From Antedon mediterranea (lineage: Eukaryota > Animalia > Echinodermata): 64,000 nt of DNA. Within the stretch, counting starts at the first letter, position 1, and every line of letters begins with the position of its first letter. Under the pieces are notes generated by a model. It had not been told where the DNA came from and ran no database searches. It was given only the letters and a program-made list of their open reading frames with translations. A program made the position numbers and the translations under genes. Of this stretch, positions 1 to 12,770 are shown piece after piece. The stretch lies in NCBI RefSeq assembly GCF_964355755.1, contig NC_092678.1, positions 17,625,365-17,689,364 on the forward strand. The letters run 5' to 3'.

Positions 1-420
1 TGTGATGGCAGGATCGAGTTTAGCCATGAATAGAGGAAAATACTTTGTTGAAGATGGTTAATATCCTGAATTTTAAGAAGACCAAATGAAGAAAATAAAG
101 GATTGGAATGGGATAAAGGAGGAGCATTTGCTATGTATCTTACGGTTTTCTTTTGGATCAATAACAGTTTGTTTAAGTAGGACGGGTATGTATTACCCCA
201 AATAATATTACAGTAAGTGAGGTAAGGGAGGATTAGTGAACAGTAAAGAATCCGGAGTATGTTTTGAGGGATGAAAGATGATAATCTATATATGATACCA
301 GAACTTTTGGATATTTTGTTTTCGACTTGAGTAATCTGATGTTTCCAATTTAGCTTACAGTCCAGATAAACACCAAGAAATTTAGTTTTCTCAACAATAG
401 GTATTAATTGATATTTAATT
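1..420 (-). pseudogene. Degenerate CR1/L2-group LINE reverse transcriptase C-terminal fragment
   Basis: Manual minus-strand translation gives IVEKTKFLGVYLDCKLNWKHQITQVENKISKSSGII* and then ILRILYCSLILPYLTYCNIIWGNTYPSYLNKLLLIQKKTVR, matching the KFLGV-D-L-W and LY-SLI-PYL-YC-IWG motifs of CR1/L2 RT. Contains a stop and frameshifts. Confidence 0.8.
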
Positions 421-2750
421 TAAGAAGATACAATGAAAGTGTCAATCCTATCTTTATTGTGTGTTGTGCCTGTGTTTGTATAATTATACTTAACTAACCG
501 TCACACTTCAGTGATTCTATTGTGATGGGTATCAACACAAGCACAGCACAACCATATGGTTTATGCAAATTAGACCTATTTATTATGTATACTTGTGCAG
601 TGTTCTTTTGTAATATATGTAGCTTGTTGAGTCGATACAATTACAGCTTAGCCTGAAGTGGACTGAGGTTTAGAGGCTTAAAGAAGGCTAGAGTTAGAGT
701 GAGGGCTGGATTAAAGGGTTTATTAGAAGCATGAAGATGCTGAATGACCTACAGTAGTAGTATAAGTCTTATGTAGCCCACAGCTCAGCTAGAAAAAGCA
801 CGTGTTTGTATTATACTCACTTTATAGGCATATCATTATATCGTTGTAATTATGGTATAACCAATGGTTATGTATTTCTCAAAATAAAGTTTGTTATTTA
901 TTTGTAGTAAATCGGATCGATGTATGGATTTCCGGATAGAAACAGAAAGATGGAATTAAAGTCTGCAGTATTGAATATTGTTTTGTGCAGAATTACATGA
1001 AGTACGGTAGCATTTGGAAAAACAAATCATTGTACAATAAATATATGAGGCTTGATTGTTGTGATAATGAAGTGTTGTAAGGTCATTAATGCAAAATCAA
1101 AAATGCAATAACAAAAACATTTAGAAAACAATAAACTGTAAAAATGATTGATATAAACACGATTAAATTATTAGTCTTCGTCTGGAAATTTCAGAGGAAA
1201 CCTTGTTTTTAAGTTTTACGAGTTGTACACAAAGCGTCATCAACAAACAGTTTATTTCCGCAACACTTACTATGGAAAGCAGAGCATATGTCTGCCACTT
1301 CCGCTAACCAGAAGCCGATGGCCAGGATGAAAGTATCCGTGGCCATCTTGATTGTAACGTTGTTAACGGAATATGCTTTATCGCATTCTCAGTTCAGAAA
1401 TCAGGAGCCATCGTCTGCAGAAGGAAAAAAAACGTAAAAACAATTATTAAAAATGGAAAGAAAATTAGTTGTTGTTTCCGATAATCATAATGCGTTTCTT
1501 TTCAAACGGGGTAGTGGGATATTCCTGAGGAAATTATCGGCCTCGTTTGGGATTTTTACAATTGCCTATATGTTCACATGCAAACTAGGTAGGCCTAAGT
1601 GCCAAGCCGGTTCACACTGAGCATTTACACGTCACGCGAAAAGATTCGCCAGAAGGTAGACAAAGTTCTATCGATTTTGCGAGTTGCAAATTCACCACTT
1701 TAAATTAAAATCCACTGGCGTTCAACACAGGCATGGGAACGGTGAGACGGAGGGCAATTGACCTCCCAAAACTTAAATCATGGGATGGCAAATAAAAATA
1801 GCATTTTAAAGAGATTTCTTTTCAACAACATATTCTTATAACTCCTTTCGCTCAGCAATACAAACATGATAATATAATAATAACAGCCAGACCGAAACAA
1901 TGCGCTTGTCGCGAGAAAAGGATTTCTGTAAAATGCTTCTGAATTTGTAAAACTTAATGGAATTGGTATGAATGTTTTTTTACCGGTCACATTATTGTAA
2001 CTGCTTAAAAAATATAAAAACTGAAAAAAAAACAAACATTGTTTGTCTATAATATACAGAGAATATAATATAGAGAAAGATGTAAAGTGTACAGCAGAAT
2101 GAAATAAATGACCCAAAAAATGAAGAATAAAATATTACTTAGTTAGGTGGATTGTCAGTGTTAAGGTAAGATAACACAGTGCTGTGTATTCATATACTAC
2201 TGTACATTACCGTAAAATCTTCGGTGCTTCTTGTCGAATCCATCGGACACATCAACTCTCGAAATTTTCCCTTTAATATTTCTTTACATGCCGCAAGGGT
2301 AACTCTCGGAGAGCAGACTTCAATTTTATAAACAAGGCAGCAAATGCGGCGATGATCCGATTTCCTATTTTTGGTGATGTACAAATAAAAACATGATATA
2401 GTTATTCACTTAGACCATGGATCAAGAAAAAATAATAAATTTCCTGAAAAAACTGTAATTTATTCAGATTGGCGTTTATGTTTTATAACTGAAAACATTT
2501 GTTTTTTTTCCTTATATTTTTAGTAGTAAACTTTATTCAAACTACAAATGACCTATTCATTTTTTATGTTTTTTTGTACAATACACATGTTATCGAAATA
2601 TCTTGCTATATATCGACATAGTAATTCGATAACGATGTCTTACCTGAATATACGTTCGTACTTTTAAGTCGATTAATTTGATTAGATTTAAGTTATCTTA
2701 TATCTTATGCAAAATTCATGTTACGAATGAGAGTACGTTTATTGTAAATA

Positions 2751-2883
2751 CATAATATAAAAATAACGCTTAAAAGAGAACGACGTTTCGACTCCATCAT
2801 GGGGTCATTATCAAGTCCATTGATAATGACCATATTATGGAGTCGAAACGTCGTTCTCTTTTAAGCGTTATTTTTATATTATG
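2751..2883. repeat. Inverted repeat of two Penelope-like pLTR fragments
   Basis: The outer 47 bp of each arm are exact reverse complements (cataatataaaaataacgcttaaaagagaacgacgtttcgactccat); each arm carries a hammerhead-like core. Confidence 0.75.
2778..2818 (-). ncRNA. Minimal type I hammerhead ribozyme, U3:A8 variant (Penelope-associated)
   Basis: Minus strand reads GGAC-UUGAUAA-U-GAC-loop-GUC-GAAAC-GUC-GUUC: stem I GGAC/GUUC, stem II GAC/GUC, palindromic stem III, GUC cleavage triplet. A mirror copy lies on the plus strand at ~2820-2856. Confidence 0.6.
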
Positions 2884-3827
2884 AAATTCATGTTTTTAAG
2901 TTAATTTGATTAAAGTATGTGACCATCGGATCAATAATCAATATCAATGTAAACTTTACACCGACTTGTAGGTTCATGTTTTTTATATTAATTGTATATT
3001 AATATATTGCACACTTTTGACGATGATCTTAGCTTTAAAAAACCATGTGAATACTTACAATTCGTTTATGTTGATCAAGTTTTCAAAAGTACTATCTTTG
3101 TAATTTTTTAATTCGTTGTCATATATCCAACTGCAAAAAAAACATTTTAAAATAAAAATGAGTAAAAGATTCAGTGGTGTTAGGTCATGAAGAAATTTCT
3201 CATTCTTATGTCTTTAGTGGTTTACTAACTTGGACGTAACGCACGGACGCTGTAATACAAAAATAGGTCATCCGAACTGTTGCTTTTGATTGAAATATAT
3301 ACAGTAGTTCATTTTAGATATTATATCTAAGCATATATTACTATTATATTTACAATAATTTAAACTAATTTCTTTACAAAACAGACAGATTTAACTACAA
3401 GTTATGACTTCATACTGTAATTTAAATATGATAATATAATATAATATAACATGTATATCTATCCGTGCCACCACCACCACCACCAACCATTAATTAAGGA
3501 GATATGAGACTTCAAGTGGTAAATGGCGATCATTTTGAATTTATGTTAATTAACCCAATTTCCTTTTGGTAAACTTTAGATATGATGTTCATTTGGACCA
3601 TATCAAGCAAACAAAACCAAACAAAATTGTTGTTGCAATTTGTTTTAATGTTGACTTATCTTTACTGGACAAAGATACAATGACCTCATGGCAATGTTTT
3701 AAAGACGCCGTTGTGTGCTCAAATGCGCGTTCATGTCTAAAATATGGCACTGATGTTATGTCATTTTAAAGTAGACTTAATGGTCAAACATCATATTTAA
3801 AAAGAAACAATGTAATGTTTAGTGAGA

Positions 3828-4620
3828 GAAAGGTTGTAGTCAAGAGGCAGGAAACTGCAGGTGTTGTTTATTGCCTTTAGACATAAACAGGTACCACCGT
3901 ACGAGAATCGGGTGTCCAACGGACGAGTACCATGTGTGTATATCGGGAACAAAGCTATTATAAAGTGTACAGATTTTACAGACTATGTCTACGACACATA
4001 ATCTGTTGTATGACAAGAATTAATGAATGAGTCCGATAATTGTACAGAGCATCAAACAACTACATGCAGATTATTAAACATTTTGACAAACATAGCGTTT
4101 CATACGTATGGTAAGTGTACACACTGCATAGAAAACATCGAAACGCGACAACAGAAAAAAGACAATAACAGAGACTTGGGACAAGTCTACACAGTATTAA
4201 CTTACAGTATTGAAAGTGATGAAGCAAAAGCAGAAAATGCACCTTGATCTATGGTAGTTATAGCGTTATCGTTTAAATACCTACAGATATTGAAAAAAAA
4301 AGACACACATTTCAAACGGATTGATTTAAAACAATATTAATAATAATACTGTACAACAATACAATAAATAGATAACCACTACATTTGTCTGCTATATTTC
4401 ACAGTACAGTTATTTGTATTCAGCATTTCAGTGGGCGATTTAGACTTCGTTTGACACTCGAAACAATGTCAAATGAAAGGCAAGCTAATATTGCCATGAG
4501 GAGGTGCAAATCTGAGGTAGAGGGGAAAATGTAATGTGTACAAACAGATATCACCTCACCTTTATTTATAAAAGTTGAAAATCAGAAAAAAGGGGAGAAT
4601 GTAGTGTATTATTTTTTGTT
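3828..4620 (+). repeat. Partial dispersed copy of the duplicated LRR-locus unit
   Basis: Near-identical to ~34908-35700 and ~49524-50590 (e.g. ggtaccaccgtacgagaatcgggtgtccaacggacgagtac); it ends where the LINE poly(A) tail begins. Confidence 0.85.
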
Positions 4621-4992
4621 GTTTTTTTTTTTCTCTTTTGTGGCGCAAACACCACTTTTATTCACATTCATATTATCTCATATTACATAAAATCGTATTA
4701 TTTAACTTGTAAATGTCGTTACAGTTCATAAGTAACATTTTTAAATATATGAATTCTGTATTACTCCTTTTTTCATTAATTTTCGTATATTTTGTTATAC
4801 ACTTGACAGGATCATCATTGTCATCTATCCCGTTTTAAAATAGTTCACACATTTTCATTTGTTTGTTTTCATTTTACAACCCGGATTATACAATATATTT
4901 ATATACATGATAAAAAAAACAATAATAACTCAGTACCACCAGTAACCCGTATCACTGTAATTCTTTTTCGGTTAATCGTATCAAATTAGAAA

Positions 4993-6814
4993 TTATATTA
5001 TCATAATCTTATTTCTTAAAGCTACCCATTTTTCTATACTTGTTTCTTTATTGTTATATGTTTCACATTCAATGTTATATAACATATTGCTTTTAAATGA
5101 ATTCCATAAAGATTTACCCACTGGCTTATTTAGTGCAGATAACATTTTTATTCTATAAATAGTAAATGCTGCAAAAGTGTAAATATAATCTATTAGCTTA
5201 TCTCCCGTTCCTAGTATTAATTGTTTAAATGATATATTATTGTGATTTAAACTTACAAAGATACTAAGCATTTTCCTCCAATATTTCTGAATAAATCTAC
5301 AACTAAAAAACAAATGATTTTCATTTTCAATTTCTCCACATTTGTCACACGTTTGTGTTTCCTTAACTTTCCACTGATACAGCCGTTTGTTGGTAGGCAG
5401 TATTCTATGTAACATCTTATAATTGAATTGTGCTAGTTTCTTATCTTTCATTTTACATACTTTCCGTAACCAAGAAGTTTTCCAATCAATGTTGTTATCA
5501 TTGAAGTACTCTTCCCATTTTAGTTGTGACATTGGAATAATGAAATATTCTTTCACAAACCATGAGTATATTAGTTTGGTAGTATTAATCTCATACTTTG
5601 TCCCAACTAATTCATCATTATCATCACAATTGAAAATATCTACCTCCTTAATAATACGTTTCCATTGAATTGGTATTGCCTTAATAATGCACAAATACTC
5701 ATTTAACCAGTTTGTTTTACATTGTAGTTTCACCAGTATTTCGTTTGATGTTAAAAAAGTGTTCTTATTAACAATGTCTTTAATACTGATAATGCCACTG
5801 TCAATCCAATGCTTGTAGAAAAGCGATTTTTTTTTTTAGTTTAACGTAGTGGTTTCCCCAAAGTTTCAGGTTTTTTTTTTAGAGATTCTGTTATAATTTA
5901 TGTAGGCTTTTATCATATTTTTGTAAAACAGTGGAATTTTATCAGAATTAACATCAATAATGTTATAACATGACATATTAAGTAAAACATTAACATCACA
6001 TATTTTTTTAATATAATACATTGGAATATTTTTCCATTTAGCACCATCATCATTAATAATTCTTTTTAACCAGCCACACATGAGTGCGTTAACATGAAGA
6101 GTAAAATCAGGCATTTTAATGCCTCCCATCTCAACATCACCAATTAGAGTTTTTCTTTTTATCTTTTTCCTTTTATTGTTCCAAATAAAATTATTTATTA
6201 GATTTGTAACTTGTGTATATACATATTTTGGAACATCAGTGATATTTGCAGCATATGTTAATTTAGATAGTGCAAGACTTTTCAGGATTATTATTCTACC
6301 AAAAATTGAGAGATTTCTAGCATTCCATTGTTTTAAAGTCTTTTCTAGCTCTATTAATTTAACATCCCAGTTTTTTCTGGTACATTCTTCTGTATTATAT
6401 CCTACATATATGCCTAAAATTTTGATCGGGTGTTTTACCCAATTTAATTCTAAAGGTCTATCTATTCTGTTCTTCCATTTACCAATCCAAAAAGCATTGG
6501 TTTTTTTTTTATTTAGTGTCATTCCAGATACTTCACAAAAACGTTCAATTACACTGACTGCTGACTTAATACTTTTGTCATTACCAACATACAAAACAGT
6601 ATCATCGGCTAATTGGCTTATTCTAGCTTCTATGTTATTTTCATTATTTGGAAGTTTAATACCCTTATAGTCATATTTGTTTCTTATTCTAGATGCCATT
6701 ACTTCAACCACTAAAATGAATAACAGAGCAGATAGAGGACAACCTTGTCTAATACCTCTTTCCATTTTACAATTGTTTGAAACCCAACCATTGTTAACTG
6801 TGACACATTCAACG
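4993..6814 (-). pseudogene. LINE ORF2 (RT and C-terminal zinc knuckle), frameshifted
   Basis: ORFs 5866-6765 and 4993-5733 are consecutive parts of ORF2, broken at homopolymer runs near 5828-5880. Confidence 0.9.
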
Positions 6815-8690
6815 CAGTGGTGGCGCCAGCGGGGGGGGGGGGGGCTACGGGGGCTCTAGCCCCCTCGTCGGGGAGCCTAGCCCCCCCGTCGGGGAACACG
6901 GGTACTTTTTGTCGGGGAATATAACATACAGTAAAAAACGTTCGCGTTCACTTCATATAGCTTCAGCGCCTAGAAAACCACGACGTTCCATTGACCGTGA
7001 GAGTACGTCAGAGGGCTATTATGCACTTTTATGCATTCATTATTGCCAGAGATCTAACTACTAAACAATAGCTATAGGTACGCACTTGTCTGGCGGTATC
7101 CCTTTGTACGAATCGTTCACCGTTGGGTGAGACGCGTGATATCATGTTCCATCCAGGGACCAAAATGTGTAATGTAGTTATTTTCCAGGCGAAGTTTTAC
7201 CGACGGTTACCAAAGGGAACACGGGTACTTTTTGTCGGGGAATATAATATACAGTAAAAAACGTTCGCGTTCACTTGGTAGCTTCAGCGCCTAAAAAACC
7301 GCGACGTCTCATTGACCGTGAGAGTACGTCAGGGTGCTATTATGCAATTTATATGCATTCATTATTGCCAGCGATCTAACTTACTACTAAACATTAGCTA
7401 GGCACGCTTTTGTCTGGCGGTATCCCTTTGTACGAATTGTTCAACGTTGGGTCGAGACGCGTGATATCAAGTTCCATCCAGGGACCAAAATGTGTAATGT
7501 ATTTATTTTCCATGCGAAGTTTACCGACGGTTCGGGTACTTTTTGTCGGGGAATATAATTCGTTCGCGTTCACTTCGTAGCTTCAGCGCCTAGAAAACCT
7601 CGACGTTTCATTGACCGTGAGAGTACGTCAGAGTGATATTATGCACTTTATATGCATTCATTATTGCCAGTGATCCAACTTACTACTAAACAATAGCTAT
7701 AGGTACGCACTTGTCTGGCGGTATCCCTTTGTACGAATCGTTCAACGTTCGGTCGTGATATCATGTTCCATCCAGGGACCGAAATGTGTACCGTGTAGTT
7801 ATTTTCCAGGGGAAGTTTACCGACGACGGTTACGTTGTGTACTGTGTCGACGTACGCTACACTACAGCAAAAACAAATTATGTTAATTGTTCGTATGTTC
7901 ACCAATTTTTTAATTTACAATTAACCTTCTGTACCGTGGGGCACCTAAAATAAATATTTCATCTATTACTAAACAAAAAACATGCCATTTTCGCTTAGCC
8001 AACATCTTATTATAGCTAAGTTATTAAATTTTCAATGTCCTGTATGTCATGAATTTCTCACCACTCGGAAGTCCAGATGGTACGCAGGCATACACTTGGG
8101 AGGAATAAACTTATTTCCCCGACTAAAAAGGTCTACGCTTGCGTTTTTTAAGCCTCTGGGCCTGATGTTTCCAAAGTATAAAATGCAATTTTTTGAAGAC
8201 CACCTGCAGCTCTAGTTTGAAACATTTTCTTAGCTCAGCCCCAACAATAAAGCTGATCATATTTCGAAGTACAAGAAGTGTATTTTCCGGGACCTAACAT
8301 CTCTATTTTTCAAACATTTCTTAGCTCAGTCACAACCATGATAGGGACTTATATATTTTGTTTCATGTTTTGAAGTATAATAAGTCCAGGACCTCCAACT
8401 CTATTTTTCTAAATTTTCTTTGAACTTTTATTTTTTAAATTGAAAAATATGGATTGAAACAGTCATCGCGCATCGTTTTTTTGCACGCAGTATTTTATTT
8501 ATGCATTATAAAAAATGGAAAAAATGGCTACCCTAAATTTGATTAAAATGACCTCAAATGACGCTAGAACGCGTTGCTTCGGCCCTTGGCGGCCCCCTGG
8601 CCCCCAGCCTTGTGTTGCTCGCTTCGCTCGCATAGCCCCCTCGTCGGGGAATGTAGCCCCCGCGTCGGGAAGATCCTGGCGCCACCCCTG
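6815..8690. mobile_element. Non-autonomous hAT-superfamily DNA transposon
   Basis: 8-bp TSD ATTCAACG at 6807-6814 and 8691-8698; 15-bp TIRs CAGTGGTGGCGCCAG and CAGGGGTGGCGCCAG (1 mismatch); no transposase ORF. Confidence 0.92.
6893..7830 (+). repeat. About three ~320-bp tandem units inside the hAT element
   Basis: cgggtactttttgtcggggaatataa recurs at ~6899, ~7221 and ~7533 with colinear downstream sequence. Confidence 0.85.
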
Positions 8691-8698
8691 ATTCAACG

Positions 8699-8911
8699 TT
8701 ATTGTATAATACTTTTACCCAGTTACAAAAGAACATTCCAAAGTTAAACTTTTCTAGAACATTGAACATAAAATCTCTACTAATAGAGTCAAAAGCCTTC
8801 TTAAAATCTACGGTAATTATTGCCCCTTCGATATCATTATACTCTGTATAATAAAGCAGGTCTTCTATTAACCGAATGTTTTCACCAGCGAAACAGCCTT
8901 TTTTATAAAAC
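8699..8911 (-). pseudogene. LINE ORF2 upstream RT piece
   Basis: GENIRLIEDLL...VDFKKAFDSISRDF...LYNNVE joins in frame to CVTVNNGWVS...MERGIRQG once the hAT insert and one TSD copy are removed. Confidence 0.9.
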
Positions 8912-9484
8912 ACGATTTTGTGCCATAACGGATTTCTACAATCCGCATTATTTATAGAATTTTCCTAAAAAAAAGCTATCATTAGAATTAAAAATATTAT
9001 TTGAAAAAACAGATGTGGTTGTAAGATTTGTTTAATTATTGAGAAAGCATACAGTTTGATAATGTCAGCCATAATGTACATTATGGTAAATATTTTAGAG
9101 ATAGAAAAAGATCAATAAAATAGATCGACAATATGCAAATCCTTGTTTATTCTATAAATTTATAATTCGCTATCATTTTTATAATTATAGAAAAAAACAT
9201 ACTAGCTTTTTTAGGTTAAAATATACTGTCCGTTTTCCAAAACAACAATAGACATTACACAATGAGTTTTGTTCGGATTATGAGCTTCTTATTTAAACTA
9301 GGTTTAATGTGCAGAAACTGCTTTATTTAATTAAAAAATAAATGGTATGGGCCAAAAAAATCTTTATAATGTCCATTTTTTTCGCGAAGTACACACAAAG
9401 CAAAGAAAACAAATTTTAATAACTGCAGAATATTTTTAATTTTTAATCATTCATTGTTTTAATACAACTTTACTATAAAGTTCA

Positions 9485-10036
9485 TCTACATGGTCATAAA
9501 CATTATGACTACAGTATATGGTTGAGCTATTGTTATAAAAACTACATGGTCATAAACTTGACTACAGTATATGGTTGAGCTACTGTTATAAAAACTACAC
9601 GGTCATAAACATTATGACTCCAGTATATGGTTGAGCTATTGTTATATAAACTACATGGTCATAAACTTTATGACTACAGTATATGGTTGAGCTATTGTTA
9701 TATAAACTACATGGTCATAAACTTTATGACTACAGTATATGGTTGAGCTATTGTTATACAAACTACATGGTCATAAACATTATGACTACAGTATATGGTT
9801 GAGCTATTGTTATATAAACTACATGGTCATAAACTTTATGACTACAGTATATGGTTGAGCTATTGTTATATAAACTACATGGTCATAAACTTTATGACTA
9901 CAGTATATTGTTGAGCTACTGTTATACAAACTAGATGGTCATAAACTTTATGACTACAGTATATGGTTGAGCTATTGTTATATAAACTACATGGTCATAA
10001 ACTTGACTACAGTATATCGTTGAGCTACTGTTATAT
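9485..10036 (+). repeat. 56-bp minisatellite, ~10 copies, with an internal hairpin
   Basis: Unit ctacatggtcataaactttatgactacagtatatggttgagctattgttatataaa; contains the GTCATAAA-C-TTTATGAC inverted repeat. Confidence 0.92.
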
Positions 10037-12619
10037 ACAATTATGAAATTGGTTGAAAATTAAATAATTTTTTTTAGATTCATTATACATGTAAAATTCC
10101 ATTAATGTGCACCCTATTGTGACAACCAGTGAGTTGTAAAACTCCCTGCATTAACTTTCATTTAAAAAGTCATCTCTTAATTCTTTTAATTTAACAATAA
10201 CATTGGTAGGCAATCTACTAGTTGGTGTTAAATTAAATATACTTATCACCTCCTCCTTCGATATTATTTCTCGCCATTCTTGTCCATCTTTTTCACACAG
10301 AACAAACCGGGAAGTATACGTTCCAGTGTACCACACTACTTCTACCTCATTGTTATTTATGCTGAATATTTTGCCTATCTGAGGCCATTCTGTGGGATAT
10401 CTCCTTAAAGCTGTTGCTACCATAGCACCAACATCGAGTTGCTGTGGTGGCTTACGCTTCGAAAATTTACCAATGTGTACCTAGTAGTGTGGGAGAAAGC
10501 ATAGAAAAGTCATAATCATTTTTCTTACAACCCTAAAAATATAGAATTTTCGTTGATGCATTTGCTTGATGCGATTATGAGATCATATCCCAAATATAAG
10601 CACTGCTTTAAACTATGTTGCATTACATGTTTCAAAGATGTAATTTTGAAAATCTATAATATCTTTATCATACCGGTCTTATTTCATTTTCATTATCCGA
10701 GTCACTAATGTCTGTCTCGTTTCCATCAGATTCCTCCCTCATAGGGCTTGCATTGTTGTCATTAAAAATGATGTCATGGAGCAAAAATCGCTGTTCATTT
10801 CCTAAAAAAAAAGAGTACGCATTAGTTTTAAAAAGTAAATAATATACATTCATACAAAATATCATGATATATTTATGCTGAGGTGTTTGTTGCATAAAAG
10901 CTGGGCCAATACATTGCGCACCATGCTAATCAGATGCTGATTGATTGATTTTATCTTATGAATTAATCAGGAGGCATGTTTCTCCAGTGTACTCCACTAG
11001 ATATCGTTCATGTTATTTGATAATTTTAGGTTCTCACATAAAATGATCAGTGGAAGCATGCATTGGTGAATGTGACCCAACATAGTTGTGTGGAGTAAAT
11101 AGTTGAATTTTGGTATAGCTGCTGAATCTATACTAAAATCAAAATTCTCTTGTTAACCAAAAAATATATGTGTAAAATGGTGAAACATCACACATGCAAT
11201 GTAGTACAGTACATACCTTCTGTGATCTCTTCTATATTATTTAAAAATTCCTCCCACCAGTCACGTTCTTCTATTCGCAAAAAATTTGCAACAGACGCCA
11301 GACTTTTTTTTAACTTTGGTATATCTGCATTACTAAAATCAGGAGTACACAACACTGGTATATCAGCAGGGCTTTCCTTGAGCAAATATGGAAGTGTGTC
11401 CATTTCTCTTGCACATTCACACCAAGTACAATCCGTTGACCAGTTCTTATAGGACATGATGCATTTTCCGGTTTGAGCCAAAACAAACTTAAACTGGTGT
11501 GGTTTGCTGTGGTAACGTATGTCTTGCATGTATGGTACTAACCAGTTCTTAATGTCATGCAGATAGGAAATGATACTTGATGTAATCGGCAACTTTTTGT
11601 ACGAGTTTTCAACAGCACTTCGAAGATGATCAAGTGTAGATGCTCTATATTTGTTCAGGTATTTGGCCACACATGAAAATAATTGGTCAATATCCTCGTG
11701 AGTGTGACCCACCATTAAAAACCCAATCTTTATCTGAAAGAGTAAAAGAAGTAATGATTTAAAATTAAAACTTTTCAAAGCAAAATAAAAAAAATACATT
11801 TTTAGTATATTTCCATTTTTTCCTCATCTAGTTAGACTAGAATGTTATTGAATATTTTATGTCTTTAGATAATTACCAATAGTAAATTAATTACTGTCCT
11901 ATTAGGCTGGTGGAAATCACCCAACACAGGGGATATTTTGTGGTGAACGAGAACAGGGTAAATGAATGATGAACTGGGTTCTTTAAAGTGCACTGTGTAT
12001 ACTGTTTTATTATTTATATATCATTTATAAATGTATAGTCATTTACCTTTCGAAAAATCTTTAACGCTACAAGAAGAGCACATAGGGCAAAAACAAATCT
12101 GTTTTTATTATCCTTTCCGCTATTGTCCAACTGCAGATATAAGACTGGTGGTAGAGGTTGTATCTCTGACAGCACCGTCAGTATAATGTTGCAGGTTAGG
12201 TTTGAGTCATGTGGAAACTGCTTTAGGTCAATGAAGCAGTGCCCATGTCGCCCATGTACCAGAACACCAGTTACATGTGTGGCTAGTTTCCACATCTTCG
12301 ACGTTTCTTTTGATTCGCAAGCAAAAGATGGTAAATCAGTCTTGCTTTGGTCCATTCCATCGATAATTATTGACAAATACTTGTTGGGATTCTGTCTTGC
12401 TTTCTGCATAATTATGTTTATAGTACTTTCGACGTTCAATACTGAAAAATTAAAATCATATGTTTATAGTTTTATTTTGCATTTAATAATACATTTTTGT
12501 TTTGTTTAGTTATATGTTATCTATTAGCCGATGACAAGATGAGACAATGCTTTACTTCTAATCTATTAAAATTATTGATTAAATGTAGAGGTTTTTTATA
12601 TAATAATGATTTTGTTTAT

Positions 12620-12770
12620 CTTTTCTCTTTTTTTGTTTACAACCACTTTTATTCATTCATTGTTCATACACAATAATTATTTTCATTTTCTACCATTTTT
12701 CCCCGTTATTTTCTGTTTTATTTCAATCACTCTTAATTTTATTAAGTTAGAATTATTTTTAAAAACACTA
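12620..12770 (-). mobile_element. Short 3'-tail remnant of an L1/Tx1-like LINE in a transposase intron
   Basis: ttttctctttttttgtttacaaccacttttattcattc resembles the tail at 4630-4670 (ttctcttttg...accacttttattcacattc). Confidence 0.45.

Larger units (their letters stand above)
4622..8911 (-). mobile_element. 5'-truncated L1/Tx1-clade non-LTR retrotransposon, interrupted by a hAT element
   Basis: RT motifs GENIRLI, DFKKAFDS, RGIRQGCPLS and QLADD; C-terminal CDKCGEIENENHLFFSC zinc knuckle; 3' UTR with AATAAA and an A-rich tail at ~4622-4662. Confidence 0.92.

Noticed and set aside
1605-1775. Possible Harbinger-like (agccggttcacact) and hAT-like (caggcatgggaacgg) termini
   Set aside because: No partner TIR or TSD could be found.
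5423-6670. Plus-strand ORFs of 81 and 183 aa
   Set aside because: Antisense shadows of LINE ORF2; the same applies to 11150-11452 and 12123-12509 opposite the transposase.
4993-8911. Retron, DGR or group II intron RT associated with nearby repeats
   Set aside because: Motifs, zinc knuckle and poly(A) tail are those of an L1/Tx1 LINE; the adjacent repeats belong to a hAT insertion.
9485-10036. CRISPR-like array with palindromic repeats
   Set aside because: Units are contiguous with no unique spacers, there are no cas genes and the context is eukaryotic.
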